Of a DNA stretch of 64,000 nucleotides, positions 24,826-37,410 are shown in pieces. Every line of letters starts with the position of its first letter. Within the stretch, counting starts at the first letter, position 1. The notes under the pieces were generated by a model. It saw only the letters and a list, made by a program, of their open reading frames with translations. It did not search any database and was not told the DNA's origin. Source of the DNA: Octopus vulgaris (lineage: Eukaryota); assembly GCA_951406725.2 (NCBI GenBank), contig OX597821.1, positions 87,482,001 through 87,546,000 on the forward strand. The letters are read 5' to 3'. The translations under genes and the position numbers were made by a program.

Positions 24826-25400
24826 TTCCTCAGGGGAGGAGGTAGTTCGATTACAAGCATCCCAGTGCTCAACTATATTCTATCGATCTCGAAAAGACGG
24901 AAGACAAAGCCGACGGAATTTGGAACCAATGTAAGGAATTGTAAGTAATACCGAAAAACATTTCTCTAATGCTCTAACGTATCTGCCAGCAGTTCTTGCA
25001 GCAGCAGTATTAGTATTAGTATTAGTATTAGTATTAGTAGTAGCAGTAGTAGTAGTAATTTTTGTTGTCTCAAGATCATCAAATGGGGGAAGACATAACA
25101 AGGACAGTTGCAGTTTACATTAAGGATAGGAAGAGAGGAGGGAGAAAAGCCTGGATATGTGGTTGGCAAATTCGCTTCCCAGCCATATGATTCCGAGATA
25201 CATTCTACTCTAAAACACTTTCAAAGTTCCAGGCCATCCAATATTTTGCCAGTAGAATTTGGTATACAAAAACTGTACAAAGACACGTGCAGACTTTTAT
25301 ATATGCACACACACACACACACGCGCACACACACACGCACACGCACACACATACACACACGCACACGCACACACACACACACACACACATATATATTTCA

Positions 25401-25467
25401 ATCACCTGAAGATTGACTGTAACTCGAATTTTTACGAATTGGACAGCCATGAAACGATCGTAGTGTT
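25401..25467 (+). ncRNA. Type I hammerhead ribozyme in pLTR-like unit 25395-25683
   Basis: CAC-CUGAAGA(25406-12)-UUGACUGU...ACAGCCAU-GAAA(25451-54)-C-GAUC-GUA^GUG; palindromic stem III ACGAUCGU; unit ends TTTTTCCCTGTAAGTTTGGA..ATTCCCT, as does the 13488-13800 unit. Confidence 0.7.
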
Positions 25468-25679
25468 ATACTCATTATCCTTTTTTAATAATTTTGATAT
25501 ATATATTTAAAATAATATAAATTAATTAATCTTATGTATTGGCTTAAGTTTTTCATTGTATGATTTGCCTAATAGTGGTTTTATCTCTAATTTAATATAA
25601 TATAATATTTTACTATAAAATTGGATTCAATCCTAAATCTGATTTTTCCCTGTAAGTTTGGATTTATTCCCTAATATTT

Positions 25680-25729
<50 letters not shown>

Positions 25730-25731
<2 letters not shown>

Positions 25732-28600
25732 ACACTATTTTCACCCCAATAGATGAAATTGTAAATGACATTAATACACAAAGTACTTTTCCTAAAGATA
25801 CTCTAGGGATCACAAATTCTGCCTGTCTCGAAGAAAAATTTACAAGAAACATCAGTTGATATGCACAAACAAAATTAAATGAAACCATAACTCTGAAAAA
25901 AAATTGGGGGATCAACGCAAACAAGCATATTGGAAACGCATTTGATGTGATAAAATAACCAATAGCTACCAAATTTGTCGAAACAAAGAAAACCCAATCC
26001 TTCACCAGAAAATTCTTCATTAGAGTTGGAAAGGGTGAAAGGTAGAAGAGAAAGCGATACATGCAAACTTTGCATTATGCCGTCTGGAAACAGAAATAAA
26101 CCGCCAAAAAAGAAAAGTTTGGTTTGAAGAAAAGCGCAAAACAACTGATGCAGTCATGTTTGCTTAAATCTCAGAACGAAGTGATAGTCAAAGTGAAAAA
26201 CTACAAAAAACTATGGAAAGAAGACACCAAACGAGGTGAGGGAAAAAACTGTAAAAATGTGGGAAACAACAAGAGTGGTTCATTAATTACGAAAATAACT
26301 TTGGAGAAAAACCTATTATGAAAACAAAAGCACAACGAAAAAATACAGACAAATCACAGAAAAAGATGAAAATCGGCCCCAGAGGAGTCAGACGAAAATA
26401 CAGATTTCCAGTCATCCAAAGACATATGCGAGATGGCCTCAAGTTAATCCCAAATGCAAACTACGATTCCAAAACAAGATACTACCACAAACAAACACGC
26501 AAGATATAAGAAGACAACCACCATCCCATTATACCAAATGCCCTAGATGTACAAACACATGGAAAGAAAGACAAAGGAAAAACAGACAAAATAAGTAATA
26601 AAACAAATAAATATCATGGAAGATCAAAAAATCTTCGGTTAACGACCAGCAATCCCAAACATCCAGAATGGCCAAACAAGCATACAAAGCGATAGGAAGG
26701 AGACAGATAGATAACACAGAATATTGTCTCACCTACGAAGAAACAAGAACCTCTGAAGTTGAAAACGGGGACACAATATTACAACTCCATTTCTAGGGAA
26801 AACCTACGACAACCGGGACCCAGATTCGATGACACAGAGATTTTAATAAACCCATACAATAGGTAGAATCTAAAATTCTAAAATTATACATTTATCAAAA
26901 AAAAAAAAAAGTCCTCAAGGCGCAGGAGTGGCTGTCTGGTAACTAGCTTGCTTACCAACCACATGGTTCCGAGTTCAGTCCCACTGTGTGGCACCTTGGG
27001 CAAGTGTCTTCTACTATAGTCTCGGGCCAACCAAAGCCTTGTGAGTGGATTTGGTAGACGGAAACTGAAAGAAGCGCGGCTTATATATGTATATATATAT
27101 ATGTATATATGTGTATATGTTTGTGTGTCTGTGTTTGTGCCTCCAACATCGCTTGACAACCGATGCTGCTGTGTTTATGTCCCCGTAACTTAGCGTTTCG
27201 GCAAAAGAGACCCATAGAATAAGTGCTTGGCTTACAAAGAATAACTCCAGGGGTCGATTTGCTCTACTAAAGGCGGTGCTCCAGCATGGCCACAGTCAAA
27301 TGACTGAAATAAGTAAAAGAAAGAATAAAAGAATAACAAAAATGAAATAGATTTTTCACTGAAAGGTTTCAGATTTATCCCTATACCTAATTCTAACCTC
27401 AAAGAACTAAAAGTCGCAGACAGTGAATATTTTAGTCGCTGTTTACGCTTCATGGAATTCCTCGGCAATAAGAATATAAATGACGAGTCAATTGTCAGAA
27501 ATAAATCCTACTTCAGCCCCCTACAAGGGGAATGACAAGCATTTAGATACATATAAAGATACAATTTCCGAACCCCCTCTTAGTTCCCGTAAATATAAAG
27601 AAGAAAAAGGGGGCTTTACTAGTACTAAAAAAAAGACGACTAAATCATCCCAAGATAATCGTACAAGGGTGGAAGCGATCGTGGTTATGGACCATGACAA
27701 TTGTAAAGACAAAATATTGGAACGTTTAACAGACAAAAATTACTATAAGGAAGAAACAAGAAATCTAGAAAAAACAAAAATGAATAAAATCAGAACATAT
27801 TTTAACCAAAACCCAAACTTCTTCACATATAAAAAGAAGATAGATTACTTATGTAACTCTGAAATTAAAGAGAGCGATTTCTACGGATTATTCAAGATTC
27901 ATAAAAGGTCAGAAATATAGAGAACCATAAGTGAACAGAAGAAGCAGTTCATAAAATTAGAAAGGCCCACTGATCTCAGATTGAGATCAATAGTTGCTGG
28001 CCACAATCTCCAACACAACGACGTAGTCATCTTTTAGATATGCTAGTTAAACTATTATACCAAGTAATACCCAGCTATATGCGAGTACGAGACGATATGT
28101 ATTTCTCAAATATATTCCGCCCATTATCCCAGAAGTTCTGATATTATCCTTACAAGTTCTGATATTATCCTTACAAGTTCTGATATTAGTAATCTTTATT
28201 CTAACATATTTCACACTTTGGGCCTGGAAGCAATCAAACACTGAGTAGAAAAACAGAAGATAAGCGAACGTTTCAAAAGGCTTTTTTTCGTTACTGAAGC
28301 CACACGCCTTGTACAAGAAGAAAACACCTTTAACTTTGATGGTAAAATATCGACAAAGGCAGGTCACAGCTATAGGGACGACATTTAAACCTCATATACT
28401 AACCTGGTGGTTGGTTTTTTAGAAGTTAAAATATCCAAGAAAGTAGACAAAAGTTTCAAGACAAAAGTTTCAAGACCAAAGTTTCATTGGAAAGTGGAAA
28501 CCCTCCTTCGATAAATACCATATGTTGTAGGAAAAATCAAGCGATCTACAAATATTCACTAACTTGAGAAATTCTTATTAAACATTAGTTCCTAGATGAA
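25730..28600 (+). pseudogene. Second, heavily decayed Penelope-like element ORF (N-terminal region and RT), interrupted by a SINE
   Basis: NSKIIHLSKK [SINE] NEIDFSLKGFRFIPIP..IVRNKSYF..AIVVMD..FYGLFKIHKRSEI..PTDLRLRSIVAG..SSDISNLYSNI..LGLEAIKH..YRQRQVTAIGT (Penelope-type FYGLPKIHK, RPIV, DxxxLYxNI, QxxGTAMG). Assignment of 25730-26870 is less certain. Confidence 0.75.
26919..27335 (+). mobile_element. SINE family A inserted in PLE ORF
   Basis: GGCGCAGGAGTGGCTG head to AAAAGAATAA tail; PLE translation resumes on both sides. Confidence 0.9.
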
Positions 28601-28634
28601 TCAAACCAGATTACTGGGTATTATTATTAATAAG

Positions 28635-28878
28635 CAATAATAAATCTCTGAGCGAGATGTAAACAGTAAGCGTTCGACAACGTAAAGTATACTAGCCATC
28701 TCAATATGGCTAACCACTAAGGGTGGGTGTTACTGTAGCTTTTTAGCCCCAGGAGATCATCGTCTCCAGCTGGCTTTAGACACAATTTCTGTGACCTTAT
28801 GATATTTGCAAAGGGAGGTCACCCCTCTCGCAAACCCAAGTGATACGCAAACCCAAGTGATGGCTAGTATACTTTATA
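28635..28878. repeat. Unclassified repeat with 18-bp inverted segment; related to 43534-43690
   Basis: Shared CAATAATAAATCTCTGAGCGAGAT(G/A)TAAACAGTAA; TAAAGTATACTAGCCATC (28683-28700) inverted at 28859-28876. Confidence 0.6.
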
Positions 28879-29680
28879 TTATTAATAATGTTTTTATTAA
28901 TGTTACTAAAATAACTGGAAAAATTCACTTAAGCAACCAACACACACCACACACTCCAACACATATACACTTAAACACACACACACACACACACACATAC
29001 ACACGCGTGCACGCACACATGCACTTAAAGACCCTTCAAAACAATTAGACCGATTCTATTCTCTACAGCTGGGTAACATGACAACTGACCGAAAATACTG
29101 TCAGTCATACAATGACGGAAAGAAATTTATTGCAATTGATGAAGAAAAATTGACCTTTTTGACCGATCATCAATTTCAATCATCCCAGAAAACACTTTTC
29201 TATCTTTCTTGCTTTCTTTCTTCCTTTTCTTCTTTTTCTCTTTTCCTCTCTCTAACCATGCCTCCAAAAATGTAAACACACACAAGTATGAACACATACA
29301 TACACACAAATATACACGCACAGAATTCAAAATGACAAAAATAAAAAAAACATCTCAACCGCTCCTAAAACATCCTCTTCCAAGAAAACAAATTCAACTG
29401 TAGATTTTTTTTTATTTTCAACTAATCATATATAAAAGGTATGAATTTTCTATGAAAATATCATTCATGATGAATCCGTCAAAGGGATGAAAGCGCTAAA
29501 TAGATAGCTTTTATCAAAATCCTGACTACCTTATTTTTCTTAATGCATAAAATCTGTACACCACTTCAAACAATCTGAATACGCACACACACACATTTCT
29601 AGAAATTGAGAAAAATTTCGAATGCAGGAGAATATCTATGAAAACAACTTTAGAGAAGTACTCCTCTATAGGCGAAAAAG

Positions 29681-29908
29681 TAAAGTGGCTTGCAACCACT
29701 GCAAAGAATCGAACTCAGTGCCTCTCGAATTCTGGCTGAGTGCTCCGTACTGCTGAGTTAAACGGCGCCAACCAACAGCATCTTTCATAATGCTAAACAT
29801 AAAATGTGCCGGACGGTATCTGTCGTTTAGCTCAATTGTACAAAGCGTTCAGCCGGAATTTGAGAAGTACAGAGTTCGATTCTCAATAGCGGCTGCTGGC
29901 CACATTTA
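29681..29908. repeat. Divergent inverted pair of tRNA-like heads
   Basis: Right arm GTCGTTTAGCTCAATTGTA..GAGTTCGATTCT; left arm on minus strand GCCGTTTAACTCAGCAGTA..GAGTTCGATTCT. Confidence 0.6.
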
Positions 29909-30080
29909 ACCTCTATTTTCTAACGCTGATTTCAATGCTATTCTCCTGCGTTCGTGATTTTCTTAATTTCTAAAATATGTCACCCATTTAACGCTTCAAT
30001 GTTTATATATATATATATTTTATTTTTTATTCTATCTAGTTTCAGCTCACGAGCTGTGGCCATGCTGGGACACCGCCATT

Positions 30081-30132
<52 letters not shown>

Positions 30133-30194
30133 CGCGAGGACGTGGAACAAGTATAGTGTTATTGGACGCTCAGGAAAGGAAAGAAAGAAGGAGG

Positions 30195-30229
30195 ATTTAA
30201 CGTTTCGAGCGGAGCTCTTCGTCAGAAAC
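30195..30229 (-). ncRNA. Minimal type I hammerhead ribozyme in pLTR-like fragment 30131-30303
   Basis: Minus strand GUUU-CUGACGA-A-GAGC-UCC-GCUC-GAAA-C-GUU^AAAU; palindromic AACGUU stem III typical of PLE minimal HHRs. Confidence 0.65.
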
Positions 30230-30906
30230 ATAAGAAGAGGAAAGATCCAAGGAAGGGAAGACGGAGAAAAAAAAATAGCCAACGGTACACACGCGGTCAC
30301 ATTTGTTGTTTGTTCCTTCTGGAGCCATACCTGGCTCATAAGGGCCGGTTTCCTCGTTTCATTGGCGTGTAGGTTCCCCATATGGACGGGACGCCGGTAC
30401 GTCGCAACACACACAACTCTGTATTACACTCAGTGTGCGGATGCATCATTGAAAGCTTATTAACTGCGGTATTTTCTTGATGCTACAGTTAGCCGGTCAG
30501 TAGAATAAAAATTCGTTATGTGCAACACAAGTAGTATTTAAACAGGGGAGTTGTTTATCATACTTAATGCACATACATCGTAGATAGCCTAATTAAATAT
30601 GGTACTTGTATTAAGATATATCCTATAGATGTAAAATGTTAAGTAACATAAAAATATATAAATAGCAGACGGTAATTATCCAGTTAATTCCATTTTCCAT
30701 CATGTATCTGCATTGAGTATGATGTAGAGATAATTATTTTAATCTAATATTACTTCTGTTTTACATAATAAATTTTACTTTGCCGGCCTGTTAATTGCAA
30801 CATCAGAAATTTTTTCCACTTAGTGACGTCAGATTTTTAATTAACATTTGGTTGCCAGTTTGTATTTGATACTGACGAAGATCAATAAGGCAGAAATGCA
30901 CATCTT

Positions 30907-31140
30907 TAAGGCGGCGAACTGACAGAAATGTTAGCACGCCGGGCGAAATGATTAGCAGTTTTTCGTCTGTCTTTATGTTCTGAGTTCAAATTCCGCCGAG
31001 GTCGACTTTGCCTTTCATCCTTTCGGGGTCGATAAATTAAGTACCAGTAACGTACTGGGTCGATGTAATCGACTTAATCCCCTTGTCTGTCCGTGTTTGT
31101 CCCCTCTATGTTTAGCCCCTTGTGGGCAATAAAGAAATAA
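30907..31140 (+). mobile_element. SINE family B with 15-bp TSD
   Basis: AGAAATGCACATCTT at 30892-30906 and 31140-31154 flanks a full family B copy. Confidence 0.9.
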
Positions 31141-31402
31141 GAAATGCACATCTTGCAATACCACGACCAGTGCTGGACGATTTTCGCCTGTTAGTGTTAT
31201 ATTTTCTTCAAAATCCATGTCATATTTGCAGTAACTTTTTTTCTTGATTTAATTCATGTTCCTCTGCTGTTAATATCAATCCCTCTTTTTTCATTAATAC
31301 TTTGCTTTATCAAAACTAGAATCTGTATCACCATTAATCTCTTGTGTCTTTTACAAACACGCAGAACTTAGTTTCTTTCCTTCAATGTTTGGCTGCATTT
31401 AA

Positions 31403-31590
31403 GACGGTGAGCTGGCAGAAACGTTAGCACGCCGGGCTTAACGCTCTGAGTTCAAATTTCCTCCGAGGTCGACTTTATCTTTCAGCCATTCGGGGTCGAT
31501 AAATTAAGTATCAGGTAGGTACTGGAGGTCGATATAATCGGCTAACCCCGTTCCCAAAATTTCAGGCCTTGTGCCAACAGTAGAAAGAAT
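31403..31590 (+). mobile_element. SINE family B variant with internal deletion
   Basis: GGTGAGCTGGCAGAAACGTTAGCACGCCGGGC..GAGTTCAAATT..GAGGTCGACTTT. Confidence 0.75.
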
Positions 31591-31958
31591 AATTTTTTTA
31601 ATTTCTTTCGCCCGATAAGATCTGTTTACATGCAACGTTCAAAGTTACAATTTGTTGATTTTTTCTGATAAATGGATGTTTATTTTTGTGTCACGTATTG
31701 TAGACTGTTACATGGAGATGATAAGTTCGCCATTTTTTTTTGTTCTTTGTTTTTTTGTTTTTATTCTTTTGTTTGGAGTAAAAGGACATTTTAACATACT
31801 TTTTGTTTTGTTTGCATGCGTGGAATATGAGTACAAGACATAGTAACAACATCCTTTCAAAGAAAAGTTTTTTAGTTGAATACAACTGCATACATGTGCA
31901 CAGACACAGACACAGACATACACAGACACAGACACACACACACACACATACATACACG

Positions 31959-32022
<64 letters not shown>

Positions 32023-32183
32023 GTAATGAAAACCTACTAAGTATATTCTACAACAAGATATTCGCACTTTGATAAAAAAATCCTCATGACATTTCTATTG
32101 GCAAAGGTATTAGAATGACATTTCTATTGGCAAGGCGTTTGCAATAACAATAATCGCAACAACAACAACAACAGCAACAACAG

Positions 32184-32299
32184 TGGAGGCGCAATAGCCC
32201 AGTGGTTAGGGCAGCGGACTCGCGGTCGTAAGAACGCGGTTTCGATTCCCAGACTGGGCATTGTGAGTGTTTATTGAGCAAAAACACCTAAGCTCCACG
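32184..32299 (+). mobile_element. SINE family C, 5' fragment
   Basis: GGAGGCGCAATAGCCCAGTGGTTAGGGCAGCGGACTCGCGG..GTTTCGATTCCC. Confidence 0.85.
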
Positions 32300-33300
32300 G
32301 CTAGTTAACTACAGCATCAGGGATGTCCCAGTTCAATGACGACGGGGTTTTTCTTAGTATGTGGTTACCAGTTGATACTTGATACTGACAAAGCTCAATA
32401 AGGCAGAAATACGCATCTTGCAATACCACAACCATTGCTGGACAATTTCCGCCTGTTAGTGTTATATTTTCTACAAATCCATGACATTTTTAGTAACTTG
32501 TTTTCTTGATTTAATTTACCCTTAATTCAAGTTCTTGTTCTGCTAAAACCATTCACTCGTTTTTCAATAATTCTTTAATCAAGGCTAACGTCCTTGTCAC
32601 CTCTAATATCTTGTGTCTTTTTCAAAAATACAGAAAGGTTGTTTCTTTCCTTAAATGTTTGACTGATGCCCACACCCTATGTTTTCTTCTTTTTCGTTTC
32701 CTTTTTCGTTTATGCAGAAAATACCTGAATCAGCAAAATACAAGGATAATGAGTCACGAATATTGAGCGCTTGCTTATAGTTTCCAATGTAGCGCAATAC
32801 GGACGCATGCTGGTTGCAGATATGTGGCCGGTAAGGCTCGGAATGGATGTAAAATTCTAAATATCATCGGAAAGCATTCGTCTTTCCAGAGTTGTTGCCT
32901 AGACTGTGCGTTCAGGATCAAAAGCAAAGATATCGGTGTAGAGCGGAAAATTCAGCTGCGACTTGTTAGTCCGCAAGAGCAACATAGAAGTTTGTGTCCC
33001 AAAGAGAGTGAATGAGCGAGTGAGAGGAAAGGAGACTGAGATAAGAGAAAAGAAAGAGATAGAGGAAAAAGAGAGGGGGAGAGAGAAAGAGAGAGAAAGA
33101 TAAAGATAGAGAGAAGAAATACTGTTAGCTGCAGGATCAGCAGTAACAGGTATCGGAGATTGTTATTCTAATGGCACCGACTTGTCGCACAAACGGTTGC
33201 AGGTCTGAGGATTGTCAAAAAAACTCCCTTTTCTTTAGCATCAGGAGCTGAGGACGTCGAATACTCTCCCTTTAGTAGTACCATTTTTGTGAACGTGGGG

Positions 33301-33645
33301 AGTTAAGTTTAGTTAAGTTAATTTTTTGGCTCAAAAAGCAAAAAGCAAGGCTATGTAGGGGGACATGGAGTTATGTACAGGGAGGGTGTTCATGCAAAGA
33401 GTTCAGGCCACTTGTGGTCAAGGGAGACTTTGAACCGAGCGGTCGTCGGCATCTTCACTATCTCGTCCGGCAGCTTATTCCACGGATCCGCAACCCGGAC
33501 GGAAAAAGCCCCTCTCCTTCGATTGAGATGAAATCGTCGCAGATAGAGCTTTTCGGAGTGACTCCGCAGCCGACGCTCTGGAGCAGGAGTGAAGAAGGCT
33601 CTTTCGAGAGGTTACACTTTCCGCTTATGATGTTGTGAGCAAGAA
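33301..33645 (-). mobile_element. CR1-clade LINE 3' end, second copy
   Basis: LAHNIISGKCNLSKE..ERRLRSHSEKLYLRRFHLNRRRG..VRVADPWNKLPDEIVKMPTTARFKVSLDHKWPELF; highly similar to 21900-22179. Confidence 0.85.
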
Positions 33646-34041
33646 TTAATAAACAGGGTTTGGACAGCAGTAGAAAACTGTCTCAGAGGGAAAGAAATGG
33701 AAGAGAGTAGAATGAATCCAAGCAGTTGGTGTTTAGGACACTGATGCAGCTTTCCCCGCGGAGTCACTTAACTTCACAGTAACCTGACATGTTAATGGAC
33801 TGCTCAAAATATTTGAAGGGCTATTTTCCCGCGGCATGAGGGGTCCTTAATGAATCAGTTGACAAATTGGAGGAGGTTTTGGGAATTACGGAAATTCACT
33901 CGAGGCCGTGATGGAGGTAGTGGTAAGAGTTCTGATTCAAGATAGATGGTGGGCCTGGATTCGTGTGAGGGTAGGTTTCCATTATCAGTTTTGGTTTTAC
34001 TTATTCCTTAAACTACATACATACATACCCACACAATATGC

Positions 34042-34079
<38 letters not shown>

Positions 34080-34162
34080 GCATATACATATACTCACATA
34101 AGTATATATAGTTCAAACACACACACACACACATGGATACATAGACATATAAATATGTATAT

Positions 34163-34204
<42 letters not shown>

Positions 34205-34375
34205 GCATACATACATATATATATATATACATATGTATATATGCATACATACATATATATACATATGTATACATATATATATACATATGTATATCATATA
34301 TATATATATATACATATGTATATTTGTATATTATATATATGTAAGTATATATGTATGTATATATCTATATATATA

Positions 34376-34761
34376 CTAGCAGTATCGCCCGGCGTTGCTC
34401 AGGTTTGTAAGGGAAATAACTATAAAGCATTTTTAGAGAGTTATAGCCAAAAAATAGCAAAAAAATGGAAAAAAAATGATGGTAAATTTTTTTTGAGAGT
34501 TAAAAAAGGTGGAGTTGCGTCCCCTAGACGGTCTGTGATTTGGGTTTCTGATACTCGACCCCATGTCGAATTTATCGATTTTTTTCAGAACTGGGGGAAC
34601 TTTTCAAAATTTTCGCTGCGTTAGTTTTGAATTATGACATTGGGCTATGTGTGTGTCACGTTTCATCAGAATCGGTTGAAAGCCGTGGTCAGAGAGAGGG
34701 TACGAGAAAACAGACACACAGAAAACGCACAGACAAACTGCCGTTTATATAGAGTGAGAGA
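34376..34761 (-). mobile_element. Non-autonomous Helitron
   Basis: Minus strand starts TC and ends CTAG after a GC-rich hairpin (CCTGAGCAACGCCGGG); inserted between A and T with no TSD; internal TTTCATCAGAATCGGTT and CAGA-like repeats typical of small invertebrate Helitrons. Confidence 0.75.
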
Positions 34762-34956
34762 TTTACATATACCTACAAATATATGCATATATGTATGTAT
34801 TGTAAAAATGACCCTGTTCCTCTTCCATTCTCATATAACTGTATTTACACTCCCCACACATCCTTTCAACCCTTTTGTAGTCCGTTCTATTGTATGTATG
34901 AAAGGAGTCTGGTGACAGTAATAAAGATATTATTATCATCATCATCATCATCATCA

Positions 34957-35005
<49 letters not shown>

Positions 35006-35834
35006 CATCATTAGTGGTGGTGGTGGGCGATGGTGGGGGATGGGGCTGCAGTGGCAGTGGTGTCTGTGGTAGTGCTGCTGGTAGTACAAGTAATAGTAGT
35101 AATAGTGGAAGATGATGATGACGATGATGATGGTAATGATGATGATGACGGTGAAAAGAATTTTGGGAGGACGAAGAAGAAAGACGAGGAAAAGAAGAAA
35201 AAGATTTGGCAGCAGTAGGAGAATAAGAAGATTTGGCAGGAAACAAAGACTTGTTCACATAAATGCGAAGAAGGAGAAAGAAACAAAAAAAATTCTTTGA
35301 TATGTCCCCACTTTTCAAGAGTCCCCATTCCATTATAAATTTCCTCTATTGAAAAATGGATGACGGTGCGTTGAACGAACGAATGGCCTCCAAGGCGGAA
35401 GGATGAGCTGGTGGCGTGCAAGGGTGAACGTGGAGGTGGAAAGGAGGCGGTGTTGTTATTGTTCCGCGGGGTCCTGCAGCATAGAAACGAGAGAAGGTCA
35501 GCTGAATTGACCGTTCGCATACGGATGTTTTCTATCTATCTCTATCGTTTCTACCGTTCCTTCAATGAATGTCCCGCCAGCTTCAGGTTTTTACGTGGAT
35601 TGTCGTTATGGCTTCTGCTGTTATGGTGCATTCACCCTCCCCTCCGCCCCTCCACCTCTCCCACTGTCACTCACCATCGCAGCTTCCCGCCAGTACAGCG
35701 ACCCTTATTTGTCATGTCTTATGTCTGTCGCCATCCAAAAACCTCTTTTATAATTTATTAGATTAAGTGGTCGCTCGCTTGCAGTGCATCTTCTTGCCTA
35801 TTGTACGCAATACTTACACATAGGCGCGTGCACA

Positions 35835-35992
35835 TATACATACATACATACATACATACATACATACATACTTAAACACCCACATACGTACACACACTCA
35901 CACACACATATATATATGCGTATGTGTACATATGTGTGAGTGTGTGTATGTCTATATACATTCATGCATATATATACATGTACATACATATA

Positions 35993-36042
<50 letters not shown>

Positions 36043-36144
36043 TATTTATATATACATATACATACATACATACATATATATTTATATATACATATACATA
36101 CATGCATACATATATATTTATATATGTATACATATACATATACA

Positions 36145-36205
<61 letters not shown>

Positions 36206-36420
36206 GTATACATATTTATACATACATATATATATATATACACATATATATATATAATTACATACACATATGTGTATATACATATATTCATATATACACA
36301 CACACGCACATATATACATGTATATATACATACACATACATACATACATATATATATATAGATAGATATACATCCCACACACACATACACATATACGTAT
36401 ATGCTTACATATATATACAG
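35835..36420. repeat. (TA)n/(CATA)n compound microsatellite
   Basis: Direct reading. Confidence 0.9.
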
Positions 36421-36718
36421 AGAAAGAATTGGGCTAAGGCAGTTATATTTGTGTAGTTAACTGGGGGAGTTCCAAGCGTTACTGCATATATGGGTGGATG
36501 GGGTGAGTGATGGGGCTTCCATGTGCAGGGGTTATGTTTATATGAGTTATTGGTGGGGATCCATATGTGTAGGGCTCTGAGCGTGTGCTTAAATACGTGT
36601 GATTGAAAGGTATTTATGCATGTTGTAAGCAGTACTTTTGTATTGCAGTTGTGTATGTATGAGCTCATTTCACACACACACACGTATGTGTGTGTGTGTG
36701 TGTGTGTGTGCATGTCTG

Positions 36719-36787
<69 letters not shown>

Positions 36788-36959
36788 TTATCTATATACT
36801 TTATATAAGTTACACACACACTCATACACACACAAATGTATATGTTCATATGTGTGCGTATATGTATGCGTGAATGTATGTAAGTTAGTGCATGCGAGAG
36901 TATGTTCTAGAATGTGTTTGTGTGTGCGTATATGTATATATCTATATCTATATCTGTCT

Positions 36960-37009
<50 letters not shown>

Positions 37010-37020
37010 GATATATAATA

Positions 37021-37410
37021 GGCACAGGAGTGGTAAGTAGCTTGCTTACGAACCACATGGTTCCGGGTTCATTCATACTGCGTGGCACCTTGGACAAGTA
37101 TCTTCTACTATAGCCTCGGGCCGACCAAAGCCGTGTGAGTGGATTTGGTAGACGGAACCTGAAAAGAAGCCCGTCGTATATATTTATATATGTATGTGTG
37201 TGTATATGTTTGTGTGTCTGTGTTTGTTCACCCAACATAGCTTGACAACCGGTGGTGGTGTGTTTACGTCCCCGGCAAAAGAGACCGATAGAATAAGTAC
37301 TAGGCTTCCAAAGAATAAGTCATGGGGTAGATTTGCTCGACTAAAGGTGGTGCTCCAGCATGGTCGCAGTCAAATCACTGAAACAAGTAAATGTAAAAAG
37401 AGTAAAAGAG
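37021..37410 (+). mobile_element. SINE family A
   Basis: Homology to the other family A copies, small deletions. Confidence 0.9.

Noticed and set aside
32184-32260. tRNA gene candidates (also 7890-7961, 21510-21570, 47775-47847)
   Set aside because: tRNA-like heads run into SINE bodies or are too decayed; no clean cloverleaf with terminator.
35340-35800. GC-richer unique segment with a 116-aa ORF
   Set aside because: No recognisable domain, ATG start or convincing splice sites; could be regulatory but unsupported.
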